Positions 48,826 through 64,000 of a DNA stretch of 64,000 bases are shown here, one piece after another. The DNA is taken from the NCBI GenBank assembly GCA_039096225.1, contig JBBPEB010000005.1:434001-498000 (forward strand), written 5' to 3'. The DNA comes from Blastocystis sp. Blastoise. Its lineage: Eukaryota; Protista; Bigyra: Opalinata. The stretch's first letter is position 1. Each line of letters begins with the position of its first letter. The notes under the pieces are model-generated. The model was not told where the DNA came from and made no database searches. It saw nothing but the letters and a program-made list of their open reading frames with translations. Position numbers and translations under genes: made by a program.

Positions 48826-50810
48826 ATTTGACTTTTTTATTTTTTAAATCAAATAAATAAATAAAATATGTTTAAATTTAAATGACAATAAGACAAAAAA
48901 AAGAAATAACGACATGATTTCAAAATATTATACCCCGTCGCTCATTTCAATTGCCTTGTTGAGAAGGATTGTGTCACAAAGATACTTACCAAATAGGCCA
49001 AATACCGATAGCCACTTATAGATTTTTTTTAAAGGTGCAAAACCAAGTAGCCAATCATATCGCACTATATCCTTATATATTGGTATTCAAAAGAAATGAC
49101 AGACGATTCATATTTTTTTAACAAAAGAAAATAATAAAAACACACTGAATCTTTTTCTGTGTTGAGATAAGAGAAACAATTGACACGAACTTTGTCATTG
49201 TGTTTTCTTACATTTACTCCAATAATATACTGATTATCTTTGTTAAAAAGAAACAGAACCTTTCATAGTTCAAAAAATTTCTTTTTTTTTGGATTTGTAA
49301 GACTGCGCTGGTTTGACAACAATCTTTTTGATGTCCTGATAAGAATTTGTATCCTTTAAGAAATCCATACTTGTTTTATTATTTTATGTGTTTTCTGCTG
49401 CTTATTTCATCTTTTTGTTAACAAAGCAGTTACACATAGATCAAGAGTTTTCATTGAATATTCCAGTTAATAGATTATACTTACAGTTTATAAACACAAG
49501 AATGAGGACTTGCTATTAAAAACTCTATAAAATATAGTATACATATTGGTACATACACCTATATGTTTAGAACTCTTAGATAAAGCATTGATACCATCTT
49601 CTAGGCTGGTTTTGGTTATATTTTAGTTCAAATCAGGGATATATTTGCAATAAATAACAGCAAAAGTAATTTGTTGTCTTTGTAAACATAGTAAAGATTA
49701 AAAAATGACTTGATTAATACCTAAATTGAATAATGATTGACTCACTTTAAGCATCAATCAGTCTAGAAATAGTTAATTTGAATGAAACATGCAACGCTAA
49801 TACTAATTATCCATAATTATCGGAAAAAAAAAGAAAAGACATACACATCAAATGTTTTTGATCGTTCTAATCTTCTTATTCATTATCAGTACCTTGGTGC
49901 CCTTATAATTTACGATCATTTAGAAAAATTGTTAGTACTATGAAACAACAATAAATCATATCAATACATGACAACATACGTTTACATAGATATAAATGAC
50001 AAAATAAAGTTGTATAAACCTATGAGTATTCAATAATAAATTTAATAGAAATAATTGATGAATTATTAATTATTATTTATCAGAAACCAAACAAAAAAGA
50101 AATTTATCTTCATTTTTTCTTTTTGCTTCTTCAATATTTTTTTAATATCAAAGATATATATATATAAGAATAAAGTCAATAATAATGATGTATAACACAG
50201 ATATCAGATATAATAATATATAAATTGGCTTTATATAACATATTTTTTCACACTTAGTCAATCATCAAGGTGAGATTAAGATTTATAAAGTTCATAGTTT
50301 ATCAATAAACACGATAAATTTTGTAAACCTATAATTTATTATTGAATATATTATTTTTGGCATGTTTTATGTCACAAAAATATTGATTTATTTCTTAAAT
50401 TAATGTATTCTCTATTTCTTTGAGTACTAAAAGAAAATAAAAAGTTGTTGTGATAGCAAAATAAAATAGAATTTTTGAGAAAACGAAGAATCACATGTTT
50501 TTTGTTGTCACAAAAATATTTTCCTATTCTGAAATGATCAAAACTTGAAAGAAAACTATATGATAAAAAATAACTGCAATATCATTACAAACCAATCCAG
50601 AAAATGAATATAGATATTAAAAATAAAATGTAAATTATATAAAAAGCAAATGATTTCAAAAAAAAAAGATACAACGATAATTAAATTTTTAATAAATACA
50701 TATTGGAAAAATTAAAAATAAAAAACAAAAAAAAAACAAAAAAAAAATTAAAAAATATAAATAACAAATATATGTTATATATATAATAAAAGAATACATA
50801 GAAAAACAAT

Positions 50811-53800
50811 TTAAATAGGGATACGTTTTATAGTATGTTTTGCAAGTTTTTTTCTCTTTAATTTCCGATTAGTCACAGAGTAATTATGTATATGTATACA
50901 TTTTCGTATATTAATAAAAAGAAACATACATAAAAATAGGATAAGAATGATTATTATTAATATAACTGTATATAAAAGCGGGAAACTAGAAGTATTCTTA
51001 ATATATTTAATTGTAGGCAGATCTAAAGTGATATTGGATACATAATATAAATAAGAATTCTGAATAGAATGACAATCTTCTAGGATTTGTTGTTGTTCTC
51101 CTTGTATATAATTATATAAATCATTAACAATTTGTGTTTCGTGTTCAGGAGTGGTTTGAATATATAATATAATATTAGTAATATCCAGATAGGGTTTGGT
51201 TGTATTATAATTAAGTGTGTCACCATTATATAGAGAAGAATCAATAGTATTTTGATTAGATATAAAGAGAATAAGATATTTAAAAGACATGGATTGAAAG
51301 GGTATAAATATATCTGTAAATAAAGAATAGAAAGAATAATAAGTATATCCATTTGATAGTTGGGATTCAGATATACCATATAATCTTAAAGGTATATATA
51401 TAAAAGATTCATATTCATTAGGTAGTTTACTAGAATCAAATTGTGAACAATAATTATGATTTATAGAAGACCACGTAGCTGTGTTTTCTGAAGAAGCAAC
51501 ACAATCACGTGATTGATATCCTATAAAAGGTTCGTCACATAATAAATATTGTGTTTCTCCAATAGGAGTATCATTCCAAATACCTTCAGAATTACAATGT
51601 ATAGATAGTATAATAATAGTTAATGTAGTATATATAGATATAGAAGGATTTGATATAGTGATAGTATAAGTCTTATTAAGTGTTTTTAAAGGAGTACCAT
51701 AAATAATACCATTATTTTCATTAAAAGTAATAGAAGAAGGTAATTCTGGAGAAATAACAAGAGGAGGTATATAATAACCTGATAATAGAGGTGCAATAGG
51801 AGTTATAGGAGATTTAATATATCCTTTATATGTAGAACTAGGATATTGAATAGAAGGAGGAATAGGAGTACAATCATCTTGTATAATATCCCATGAAGGA
51901 GGAGAAGAAGGTTTACAATAACGTCTTCTTTTACCTATATAATGAGATATATCTATACAGTTTAATTCTCGTGTTTTTCGAGGTTCAATTTGTATCCATT
52001 CATTATCTGTTTGACAATAAGCAGTCATAACTTGAATATAGATAGTAGTTGTAGCAATACCAAGTGTGTTATTTCCTATAATTGTATAAGATTGTGATTC
52101 ACTTGTAATAAGCGGAATACCCATAATATTTCCATATTCAGAGATATATAATCCAGAAGGAAGTGATGGAATTGAATAGAAAGATAACTGTTGATTTACA
52201 TTATTTATTTGAATAAGACAATCAATAGATATATAACAAGTAATAGAATTTCTTTGATAATAAAAAGTATAAGGTGCAAATAAATGACAAGAATTTTCTT
52301 CTTCATTAAATATACCATTATTACAAAAACGTCGTTTAATTCCTTCATAATTACTAGGACAAGGTTTATAACTATATGTTCCATGTGAAGTTCTAGAATA
52401 GCCATTTATTTCTTCACAATATACTTCATTATGATTACTATATAGATTAATAGAAGATAATTGAAATCCAGATTCACATGGAGATACTAATGGATTTAAA
52501 TGTATACTATTACATTCTCGTATACTTAATTTAAATTGAGCATATGAATATAAAGTAAAGAAATTAAATTGTTTTGTTTCATAAAATCTAGACCATGTTT
52601 CATTTACACCTACATGTAATAAATCCCAAATAGTATTATTATTATTAAGAGTAATAAATGATGTTGAATTCGTTATTATTCGAGAACCTTCTAATTTCCA
52701 ATCCGTCGGATGCATAGTATTACAATTATCACCATTTGTAAGACTATAAGAATTTGCAAATACTTTTTGTGAATTATAATAATACCATAAAATAATTGTA
52801 TCTCTACATGTAGAATAAGTAGTATATTTTGTATAAATACTATGATCAAATAAATTTTCAAGAGGATGATTCAGTGTAGAAATAGATTGAGTAAAAGATA
52901 GAGGGGTATCTAATATATATTGATTAATAGGTATATTAGCAAAATGGAATTGAAATGTTGGAGATATTCCCGCGGGATCTTCTTGATAATTATGGAATTC
53001 AACAGCAATGATATTAATAGCTTGTTTAAAATAATAAGAATCAATAGGAACTGTAATAGCAATACTAGTTAAACTGGAATATTGATTTGTAGCTAAAGTA
53101 GTATTTGTTAGAGATCCAGAAGGCATGTTATACCGTTCAATTTCAATACCATTTATATAAACTATCATACCTGCTGAATATAATAAAGTAATTTTAAGTG
53201 CAGATATAGTTGTATCATGTAAAAGAATTGTATGTTGAATTCGATAATAAAATGAAATTAATGGAATAGAAGTGATTAGAGGAGGAATAGTTGACGATAA
53301 TGTACAAAGCAACCAATCAGAATCATCAAAAGTGAGAGATGCCCAATCAGATGGCGGATTTATGGGATAGTACCAATAATGATAAGGTATATATCGAATA
53401 TTACTAACAAATGTTACCATAAAAGGTTGCATAATAGGTATAGTAGTAGAATTGAAAATAGATATATAGATAGAATCATCTTTTGGAGAAGAAATATGAA
53501 TAGCAGTTTCTTTCCAAGGTGTTAGAACTCTTTGAATAATTGATACATAATAACGAGCAGCAGGTAAACATAAAGAAACAGAAGATGATTCATTATATAT
53601 ATTCATATTCTCCATATAGAGAAGTCTTTTATTAATTGTATATATATACATAGTAAAGAATATATCTTCATTATCAGGAATTAATAAGAATGTAACAGGG
53701 ATATTACTTGAATTACATGGTTTTATAGATATATATAGATGTGTAAAAATAGCTATAGTTTCAGTTTGCATAGTATATAGTATATATTGAGTTTCTATAA

Positions 53801-55189
53801 GTATAGAATCAGTAATACCTTCTATTTGTCCTGTAGTTTCATTTATATAGAGTGAAGAAGGTAAAGAAGGATATATAGATATATTTCTTGGTTTCTGGAT
53901 ATAATGTATATATGGAAATAAACTATTTGAATAACCAGTTATATTTGAATATAATATATTTAATATAGACTCATCTTTTATCAGTATTATATTATTCTCT
54001 TTGAAATAAGTAATTGTTGAATTTATTATATTTAAAGGAAATACTAAAGAAGGAGCAGAAGAAACATTTTGAGAAGAATAAGAAGCATTTTGAGAAGAAT
54101 AAGAAATATTTTGAGAAGAATAAGAAGAAATGTTGAATAATGGAAAATGAAAAAGAGATTGATTTTTAATAAAATTCTTTTTTTTGGTTTGAATATAAGA
54201 ATAAGAGAGGTAAAAACAATTTATAGAAACTATAAAAAAAGATTTATTATATAGAATTTATAATATATAATCTTTACTATATAATATAATCAAATTATAG
54301 AAGTTAATATGTTTATATATAACATAAATATATATTTATATATATACTTGAGTTCATTAATAAACTATAAGATTGTATTCGATTACATATGTATGTATTG
54401 GAATATGAATAAATATCTATTGTTTTATTCATATACGATAAAAAAACGGATTGACTATAAAAATATTTATCTTAATATAATTCTAATAAATAATATATAT
54501 ACACATTAGGATTTGTAAAAAAACTATTTAAAATATTATTATTATTATTATTTATAAAATAATCATTTGTAATATTCATAGAAATATATATGAATGAAGA
54601 TTGTTTGGGTGAATCCAAAGAAGCTGTATATATATGAATATTATAAGAAATATTAATGAACAATAATATACATTGAAAAATAAAGAAAGTAGATGCAACA
54701 GATTTATTTAAAAATAAAAGTCTTGTTGTATATAATAAAGAGAGTGAAAAAATAGATTCTCGTATTACATTTGTTTCTTTGTCTGAAAGCTCTCCAAATC
54801 TAATATGTTTATAAAAAATTATAAATATTTAGATATATGTCTAGTATATATATGCATATACATTATGGAGTCTTTGGCGAAAGAAAACGTATATGATGAA
54901 ATCAAGTTTGTATCAAGTAATTCTTTTTGATTTAGTTGTAATAAGATTGCAGTATCATCAGTTGTCATTCTTGACAGTAGAGAAGCATAATCAACACACG
55001 AAAAAGACGACGATAGGGTCATTCCAGTGCAATTTGTATTGTTTTGAAGTATATCATCTATGGAATATGCATTGCATTTGTCTAGATACAATTTAGCTTA
55101 GAGTTAATGACGAAAATACATTGAAGACCAGTAAACAAGAAGATGACTATACCCAAGTGTAGCCATCGAACATCTTTTAACTGCTTCAT
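50811..55189 (-). CDS. Divergent paralogue of the giant discoidin/Ig-like surface protein (joining of 5' exons inferred)
   Basis: VYING.E..RYNMPSG, HPTDWKLEGS, YKPCPSNYEG, LPSGLYISEYGNIMG, C-terminal TM; upstream GT-AG exons lead to a signal-like start at 55189. Confidence 0.75.
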
Positions 55190-55621
55190 GGATAATCAAT
55201 AGCGTCTATTATCAAACTCAATCTGAGTTTAGAAAGAAATTTAAATAACAAATGCATAATAACTAAGTACTAAAAACTTTGATAATTCTAAAAGTCCCAT
55301 GAAAAAAAAACATAATTAACTGTCTTTCTTGACTTTGTGAAAAGTTTATTTTTATGTTTTTTTAATCATTTAAGATATTGTTCAAATAAAATGAATACAA
55401 ATTTCAATAATAAACAACTTGAATATTTATATGATTGAGTTCTATAGAGCTGAAATGACACTATTTGTAATTATTAACAAATTCGATGCCACCAAAATTG
55501 TAGAAAAAGGACATACATAGCTTTGAGTATGTATACAAGCAAATATTATTCCAAATAAATGGGATTTCCATTTGAATTAATTAGATAATCATGAAGGCAA
55601 CTAAGAAAAACATTTCAAGAA

Positions 55622-55703
55622 GCACGGATGTCCGAGTGGTCTAAGGAGCTACGTTAAGGCCGTAGTATGTTCGCATGCGCGGGTTCGAGTCCCGCTTCGT
55701 GCA
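55622..55703 (+). tRNA. tRNA-Leu(AAG)
   Basis: GCACGGA...TTCGTGC-A acceptor, anticodon arm CTACG-TTAAGGC-CGTAG, long variable arm, GGTTCGAGTCC. Confidence 0.96.
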
Positions 55704-55854
55704 TGTTTTTATAAAATATATAATAAAACGTTTATTGTTTTTAAATGTTTTTTAAAGTTTTACAAAACAGATACTATAAATAACGTACAGATTATTATAC
55801 AATGATGATATGACTTAAATTATGTATGATTTATATAAAAATAGAATTATTAAT

Positions 55855-58800
55855 TTAGATTAGACTTCGTTTTCTACTTCTTCTACTTTTTTTATTATAG
55901 AAGTTTGAATGTTATCAAAGAGTGCTTTGACAATTCCATAGTAACTGGATCCAAATTTGGCAATTAGACGTACTATACATAGATGTGTTATTTATATTGG
56001 TGTATACGATATATTTATATTTATATATACTGGGTAATCTAGAATCGAAAGATGATTTTTGGATTGCAGCCTTTTCATGTTCTACTGTTCGTGGATTTTC
56101 TACTAATTCGAATGTGAATACAAGAATATTCTCGTAAGTTTTTCTTACAATAGGTGTCACATGCTAAATAATATATAGAATAATTTAATAGTTAGTATAT
56201 AATAGAGAGGATGGTTATTACTAAGTAAATGTGAATATAATGAAAATATACCATAAAAGCATGATAATTAGTTTGCCAATAAATAGGTCCATTTCGAAGC
56301 CAGTCACTTTCAGTTCGATAAAGTTGTAAGAAATTATGTTTACAAATAAATAAACAGCGATTCCATTTTTTAAAGATTACTTTTGTATGTGTTCTTTTTA
56401 GTATTAATCCACATAAACAATCATTATGAATAAATAAAGGAGGTAAGGGAGATCTATATATAATTATAATTATAATTATTTTTATTACTGTTAAATATAT
56501 CTATATTTTTATATATATAAAAAAAAATCATTATATGTTTTATTAGTATTCTATATAATATATATTACTTTAGCATGGAATCAGTTAAATTCACGGGAAT
56601 TAAATCAGATCCAGTTTCTCCATAAAAATTACGAAATTCAAACTATATATATATATATGTAGAATGGATATATTTGAAAATAATCCTAAAGAATTAGATT
56701 CTACAAATATTTTAGATTATTATTATATATATTTACTTCATTAACAGGTTGATTCATAACTGAAAAATTGGATTTTTCAGAATAAGATATGGATGAAGCT
56801 GACTGATTTACTGAAGGAATTGATGATCTTGAAACAAGTGAAGAGGATCCACTTGATGACACCCCTGATGACACACCAAATGAAGAATCACAAATAGGAT
56901 ATTTAAGAGATGCAGAAGGAATAGGAAGTGGTTTTTTGGGTGGTGTATAATCATTACTTAATAATAAATGTTGTGCATAGGCTTCATCTTTTTCATCAAA
57001 TTTCTGAGCATCATTAGAATGTAATAAAGTTACTAATGCTGTCATATCTCCTCTATATATATATATATTATTTTATTTTAGAAATATACACTATATATTA
57101 TATATTTATTATAAAAGAAAAATAATAATTCTTTTGCTTTTCTATAATATTTATAAATGAGAATTCAAATAATACTAAATATTTTATTATAAATAAATTA
57201 TAAATACAATGAATATCTTCTCATAGCTTCAGGAACATCTTTTTCTTCATTAATAATAAGTGATTGTAAATAAGCTTCTTCATATTCTGTGATTTCACCT
57301 GCTATCTTCATAAGTCTAGCTTGATTTAATAATATATCTTTAGGATCATGTAACTAAATGAAAGAAAATAATAATAGTGTTATTATTATTATTATTATAT
57401 TTTATTATGTTGATTAGTATAATGTTTATAATTATTATTAGAATTATTTAAAATATACTAATAATTATTAATAATATTCAATATATATACTTCTTCTTCA
57501 GTGACTACCATAGTTTGAACAACTTTATGAATAGTATTATTATCGTGGATCACTAATTGAGATTCTATATATTATTATATTTATTAAATAAATATATTTT
57601 TTTTAATACTTATATGTACTATTAAATGAATATATAAAAATATGTATACCTTCTTTATCTTCATCTTCAGTATATTCTTCTTCTTCTTCTTCTTCAGATT
57701 TTTCTTGTTGAGAAAAGAAATCTACCCAATCTGTTTTTGATAATGTACTATATACATATTAGATTGTATCATTTTTAAGAATATAGTTAAAAAATAATAA
57801 AAAAGAATGGAATAGTTAAGAACAAAACTAACTATTCCATTTGAATACATTTCAAATAAAAAAAATTGATAAAATAATGATAATCATTAATAAAGTAAGT
57901 TAAAATAAATAGAATAAGGTTTTATTTGAAATATGAATAAACTGTTCTTGATAATGTATACTTTTGTGTATTTCCTTTATTCTGAATACTCACTGACTGC
58001 GTCTGAATTGGGAGACCAATGGGTAAGGCTACAGCTGTTGGAGGTATTGCAGGAGATATATTCGCGGGAATAGGAGCTGGAATAGTAGTAGACGAAGGAG
58101 GAGGAGATGAATAATATCCTATATATATATATATATATATATAGAAAGAGTATTTATTAATTTTAAGATTCTTTCTATAAGAATCTGCTGTTGTGTTTAT
58201 TAATAATAAGTATTTAATATATATAGAGTTTATTCTTATGATAGAAATTAAATTATTATATAGATTATATTTATGTATACCTGATGAGTCTATGTATCCT
58301 CCATATCCTCCAGGAACATAATAATTAGTTGTATAATAAGGAATAGAAGAAGGAGTAGATGTGTTAGTCATAGAAGACTGAGTTATTTCTCCAGTAGACA
58401 TAGGTACTCCTATATATATTATATATATATATATAGATCAAATATGAAAAAAATAACTAATATATAATGAGAATTCTATACATACCTTGAGGAAGATTAT
58501 TATTATTATTAATATTATTATTATTTGTATCTACCTGTGAATAAGTATTATATGTCGATTGTGAAGATATCACATAAGACTCATTAGTAGCAGGATTCTC
58601 ACGGGAATAACTCGAATTATCTATATATGAAATAGAAATGAATACCTATAGTATTTATATTATTAAAAAAATATATGTAAAGGTTAACTAAGAAATATTG
58701 TATTCAGTGAAATATATGTATTTATAGTATAAAAGATAGGATATGATAATCAAAAGTATATACTCTTTTCTTGATACCAATATTCACCGTTATTATCGTC

Positions 58801-59210
58801 GGTAACTGTTTCAGTATTAAATTCACTCACATTTTGTTGGGCATATTGATACCAAGCTATATATATATATATATAATTCTAATTATACTGAAAATTGTAG
58901 AATCAATAATAATAATTACATATATTAATATATAATTAATTATATATATAAAAAATAATGATATAAATAAAAAGATAAATGATACTAGGTAAGAATAATG
59001 ATATATATATATATATATATATATAGAATACTTGAATCATTCTTTTTCTCATTTTGATAATTATAACTATTATTACAATATGGTGATTGAACATAATTAA
59101 TATCCAAAGAAGCCACTTGAAAAGGATTTGGAACCTATAAATATAAATATAAATAATAATAATAATAATAATATATTATTATTATTATTATTATTATTAT
59201 TATGATTATG

Positions 59211-59266
<56 letters not shown>

Positions 59267-59872
59267 AATATATAATTATAATAATCTATATACTGTTTGC
59301 TGTTGATAAGTTTGTGTATTCCATGTTGCATAATAATCCGCTTCATTTCCTTGGTTTTGACCATAATAATAATTTGAATAATAATTATCAGATTCATTAT
59401 CTATATAACAAATAAAATTATAATAAAAATTTATATATATATATATATTCAATACATTGAGGAATCATTTCTTGTAAATTACGAGGACTCTCTTCTTTTG
59501 GAGGTAATTGCTGCTTATTCTTAATAATTAAAGCATGCTCTTCTTCTTTCTGTTTATCTGGTTGTGGTTGGAGTCCTTGACAATACTAAATAAATAAAAA
59601 AAACATCATTAACTAATAAATATGTTTTAAAAATATACCTTTTGATTTTCTTGCTCTTTGTTTGGAGGATGATATGTATGATCCCAACCACTTCTGAATC
59701 GAGGTGGTGTACCTTCATTTTTCTAAAAAAAAGAAAATACATTATGATTGAAACATGAATTCAAAGTAAATACACCATTCTTCTTTCCATTTTTCTTTGT
59801 TACTTTCTTGGTTTTCTTAGGAACTTTATTGGATTGATTTTGAAAAGAAGGAGATAGACTTTGTTGTTGCAT
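55855..59872 (-). CDS. Hypothetical protein, low-complexity Q/S/P/Y-rich N-terminal half, multi-exon
   Basis: Chain of about 14 exons bounded by GT-AG; no family recognised. Confidence 0.6.
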
Positions 59873-60234
59873 CGTCTTTAGATTTCTATTATATACTGAA
59901 CAAAAAATATATACTATTAACTAGTATTTGAAGAAATCTTAACTATAAGAACGATATAAATTTATCTATTTGATTATAAAAATATAGGATTCTCAAAGGA
60001 TAAGGATTCTATAGCATAAAAAAATTGTTGCTGTGAAAAAGAATCAAAATCCTTGTTTCTTCATCCATCCCTTTATGATCATTCTATTGGCTTATTCTTT
60101 TTATAATCCAATTAAATTGATCCATTTTTTTTGTGTTTTCTTCATTCTATTTTTCATTTAAAATAACCATTTCTGCTAATATCTTCAAGGTAAGTGATTA
60201 AAAGCATTAAGTCTAATAATATAAATAAGTTAAC

Positions 60235-62124
60235 ATGAAAATAATATTTTTTATTGTGTTTTTTACAGTTTTCTTTCAATTAAATCTTGCTTCTGAGTAT
60301 TAGATTTCATTTTTATTTCATCATATTTAATAAATTTAGTTATGCATATGCTACGATCCATTATGAAGGAACAAGAAGAGATGATGAATATGTTTTAGGA
60401 ATCAAAGTCTGGATTCAATCTTTAATTCAATCAAAAACTGGTATATCTTGATTTTTATTATACTAGATAGTTTGTAGACGCAGATATCTTAATTCTAATT
60501 AGTAGTAATGTACGACAGTCAACGATCCATTCATTCCAGAATCTTGGTTGTAAACTCATTTTAATCAATAATATAGAAAATCCGTAAATAAATAGAATAT
60601 TATATATCATTATAAAAACAAATTATAGATATAAAACGGATAAAAACCGTAGAAATACATATAAATCACACTTTGAATATACGTTGAATAAATTGTATAT
60701 TTGGTCATTAACAGATTATAAACGTATAATCTATATGGATGCAGGTATATCTATATATATTTATTATTTTATAAATATTTTTAATAGATAATATAATTCT
60801 TCATAATATTGATATTTTATTTCAATGTGGCCATTTTTGTGCTGTATTTATGAATCCATGTAAATTTCACACGGGAATGATGGTAATTACTCCAAATAAC
60901 ACTGTTTATAATGATATGATGAATCACTTATCTTTATTAGTAAGTTTATATTATATAATATATAAGTATGTATTTATAAAGAAAATTTTTTATTATGTTA
61001 TAATAATAATATAATAATATATATATATATATAGCCTTCTTATGATGGTGCAGACCAAGGTTTTTTAACGAGTTATTTCAATGATATTTGCTATGCACCT
61101 ATGTTTATAGGAAATTATATATATCCTAATGAATATCATAATAAGTAATGATATATATATATTGACTACATAATAGAATTATTGTGAATATGAATATATA
61201 TTCAATTTTCTTTCTATATATGTATATATAGATCTATAACAATTGACCTCCCTCCAACTCAACGTCTTCCATTGATTTTTAATACGGTTCATACGTATAT
61301 AATATATATTATTATTAAAATATTCTTAAATAATATTTTATAAACTACTATAATATATTCTATTATTATTATTATATAGATATTCATATTTTGATGGAAA
61401 TATGGATCAAATGCGTTTATATACGTTAAAAGATATGGATCCCCCTGCATACACGTTAACATATCCAATTACACCTATTCTAAAAGTATATTAATTATAG
61501 ATAATAATTAATAATTATCTTTGTTTCCTAAATATATAATATATAATATATAATATATAATATATAATATATAATATATAATATATAATATATATTAGCC
61601 TTGGTATTGGTGGGGTTATATATTATTATATATGAATTGGTATTGGAATGATTTCAGGGAACTTACGGAATCCAATATATATCATTATATATTTCTTATA
61701 AAGTATTTTATATATACATATATTCAATTAGAATATTTTCTTTTAATAATTAATTTTTTTTCTATATACATTTATTTAGGTTGTTAATCTATATGTTTTT
61801 ATTTCTTACAGTTATTTTATTAAATAAAAAGAATATAATATTAAAAAAGAATTCATTTGCTAAATTTTGTCAGCATTATTATAAACAGTATTCAGATCTT
61901 TTTCATGTTATATATATATATATATAATTCTTATATATATAGATATCCTTATAGAGTCGTATATATTGCATCTATTGGTAGTATTATTTCATTACTTATC
62001 TGTATTTCAACTATATCTATCTTTATTAATGGGTATATATATTCTACTTTATATATAGAATTATTTCATTATGTAAATAATACTAATATTCTTCTTTATA
62101 TATACTATTATATAAGTATAATAG

Positions 62125-62165
<41 letters not shown>

Positions 62166-62477
62166 TTAACTCCAGCACGTGATGCCTTAATATTATCATC
62201 TTTTCATATATATCTATTTCAAGCATTATATGGATTTATTCTTAATATATATACTCGATATCCAAAACCACGATTATCTATAAATAATAATAAAAAAAAC
62301 ATACTCAATTCCACTAATATATATATATTCTCTCTTCTTAGTCTTCTTGTATTCTTTAAATATACAATTCAAAGATATATCCCAATAGTTCCCCTTCTAT
62401 CCTATTATATGATTATACTATGTATACTTATATATTATCCAATTACTTGTCTTTGTAATTATCCTGTACGTGAATAA
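60235..62477 (+). CDS. GT8 glycosyltransferase, PGSIP7/8-like, with C-terminal TM segments
   Basis: Signal peptide, AYATIHY, TLNKLYIWSLTDYKRIIYMDADN (DxD), CGHFCAVFMNPCKFHTG, SYDGADQGFL, KPWYWW. Confidence 0.85.
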
Positions 62478-62689
62478 CTATATTTTGTTTTATTATTCAT
62501 AAAGATAAGTGTATATATTATATATTGATTGTTGTGTATTGTGAATGTGTTTGTTGTTAATCTATTTCCTATGATTTATACATTTATTGGTGTTCAATTA
62601 GATCTATTTTTGTTTTTAAATCAAAGCCAAACAAATATAATAAAATACATAACAAATATATTAAATACATATATTCAAAATAAATTTAC

Positions 62690-62978
62690 TTATAATGATT
62701 TTACTTTTTTAAATTTAGCGGCAAAGAAACCATTCGAATCATATTTGTCATTCATACTAAATCGAATAACTTTCCTATATATATATATATATTATTATTA
62801 TTATAACAATATATATATAAATTTATGTATATTAATATATACTTTGTATTTTCAGGAGAAAGAATACCTTCAATTCCTTTCTGGGAATATTCGTAGATTT
62901 CCGCGGGAGCTTCGAGTAATTCCATAGGATATTTTTCCAATATATATTTTACCTATAGATAATGAAGTAATAATATTA

Positions 62979-63014
<36 letters not shown>

Positions 63015-63763
63015 TTTCTTCATTTTCCATTGGATTAATGGTGCCTAAAAAGTGATAATAAAAATAATAATAATAATAAATATATACATGTACTATACAC
63101 TAATATGCCTCCAACTTTTAACAAAGCGATAGCGTTATCAATAAATCGTTTCTATATATTAATTATAATAATAAATAAATAAAAAAAAAATTTAATAGAG
63201 TAAATAATAGAAAAGAAATATATATATATATATATACTTGATAATTACTGGTTCCCTCTAATTCTTGAAGTGTTGTATCATGACAGAGACGGGGACGAAG
63301 GCCAAGAGCCGAACACGGTGGATCTAATAAAATACGATCGAAAGATTCCCGTGGGAATCCAGGAACTTTTATAGATCCTATATAGAATAAAGAATATAGA
63401 TTATAGAATATAGAATAAAGAATATAGAATAAAGAATATAGAATAAAGAATATAGAATAAAGAATATAGAATAAAGAATATAGAATATATATATATACCA
63501 TTAGTTTGTGCTTTATTAATAAGTATAGAAAGAGGAGTAGGAGAAGAAGAAGAAGGATAAGGATATAAACTAAGGATAGATTGTTCCTTAGAAAGAGTCA
63601 TATTATTATCTTCAATATATTCATTAGTTGTATTGACTTTTTGTTTTATAAATTCTTCTAATTCTTCTTCATTTATATCAATATCTTGATCTATATATAT
63701 ATATAATAAAATTCATATAGATATACCGTTTTTTTGATCTGCTTTTGCATCAGTTACAGAAAC

Positions 63764-63820
<57 letters not shown>

Positions 63821-64000
63821 AAAAATCATATATATACTATCATTTTTTCTTCTTAATTTTTGTTTATATATACGAATCAACTTTTTTTTATATCTCACGC
63901 TTGAAGTATCAAATTGAACTACACTGTCCTATATATATATGTAGTTATTTCTATTATATTTATATTTATTGTTACTATTATTATTAGTATTAAACATATA
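62690..64000 (-). CDS. NSUN6: NSUN6-like RNA m5C methyltransferase (3' part; gene continues beyond the window)
   Basis: FDRILLDPPCSALGLRPRL, LVYSTCTINPMENEENV, GFFAAKFKK. Confidence 0.88.
63380..63486. repeat. 14-bp intronic minisatellite (TATAGAATAAAGAA)n
   Basis: About 7 units inside an NSUN6 intron. Confidence 0.9.

Noticed and set aside
61942-61951. ATATCCTT as a further U12 donor (also 22036-22043 on the minus strand)
   Set aside because: Both lie inside in-frame exons (YPY codons) just after normal AG acceptors.

Overview
Very AT-rich, intron-dense eukaryotic (protist) DNA. The large Ig-like/discoidin-like surface proteins and the minor-type introns are reminiscent of a Blastocystis-like stramenopile, but that is inference only. 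About 17 spliced protein-coding loci can be traced by hand: ABC1/ADCK kinase x2, ADA2, a NEPRO/Rmp1-like protein, an ankyrin protein, DIS3-like RNase, TARBP1/Trm3, EB1, SAR1, MEP50/WDR77, mitochondrial DnaJ, two giant surface proteins, a GT8 glycosyltransferase, NSUN6 and several hypotheticals. There are also tRNA-Glu(TTC) and tRNA-Leu(AAG). Most introns are GT(AT)n...(TA)nAG microsatellite-filled, and most short ORFs in the supplied track are artefacts of them. Main unexplained structure: (1) a ~2.96 kb inverted duplication (1095-4057 / 38030-40987) whose near-identical arms differ by four precise, reciprocal intron presence/absence events; (2) four introns whose splice site is replaced by the sequence of the opposite exon. 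Points 1 and 2 look mRNA-templated, either in vivo or through RNA-read polishing of the assembly. (3) A GC-rich, palindrome-derived motif (consensus about ATTCCCRYGGGAAT) embedded about 20 times in coding exons, in different frames and on both strands; (4) a Helitron-like hairpin plus CTTG end exactly at the duplication breakpoint; (5) three U12-type AT-AN introns.
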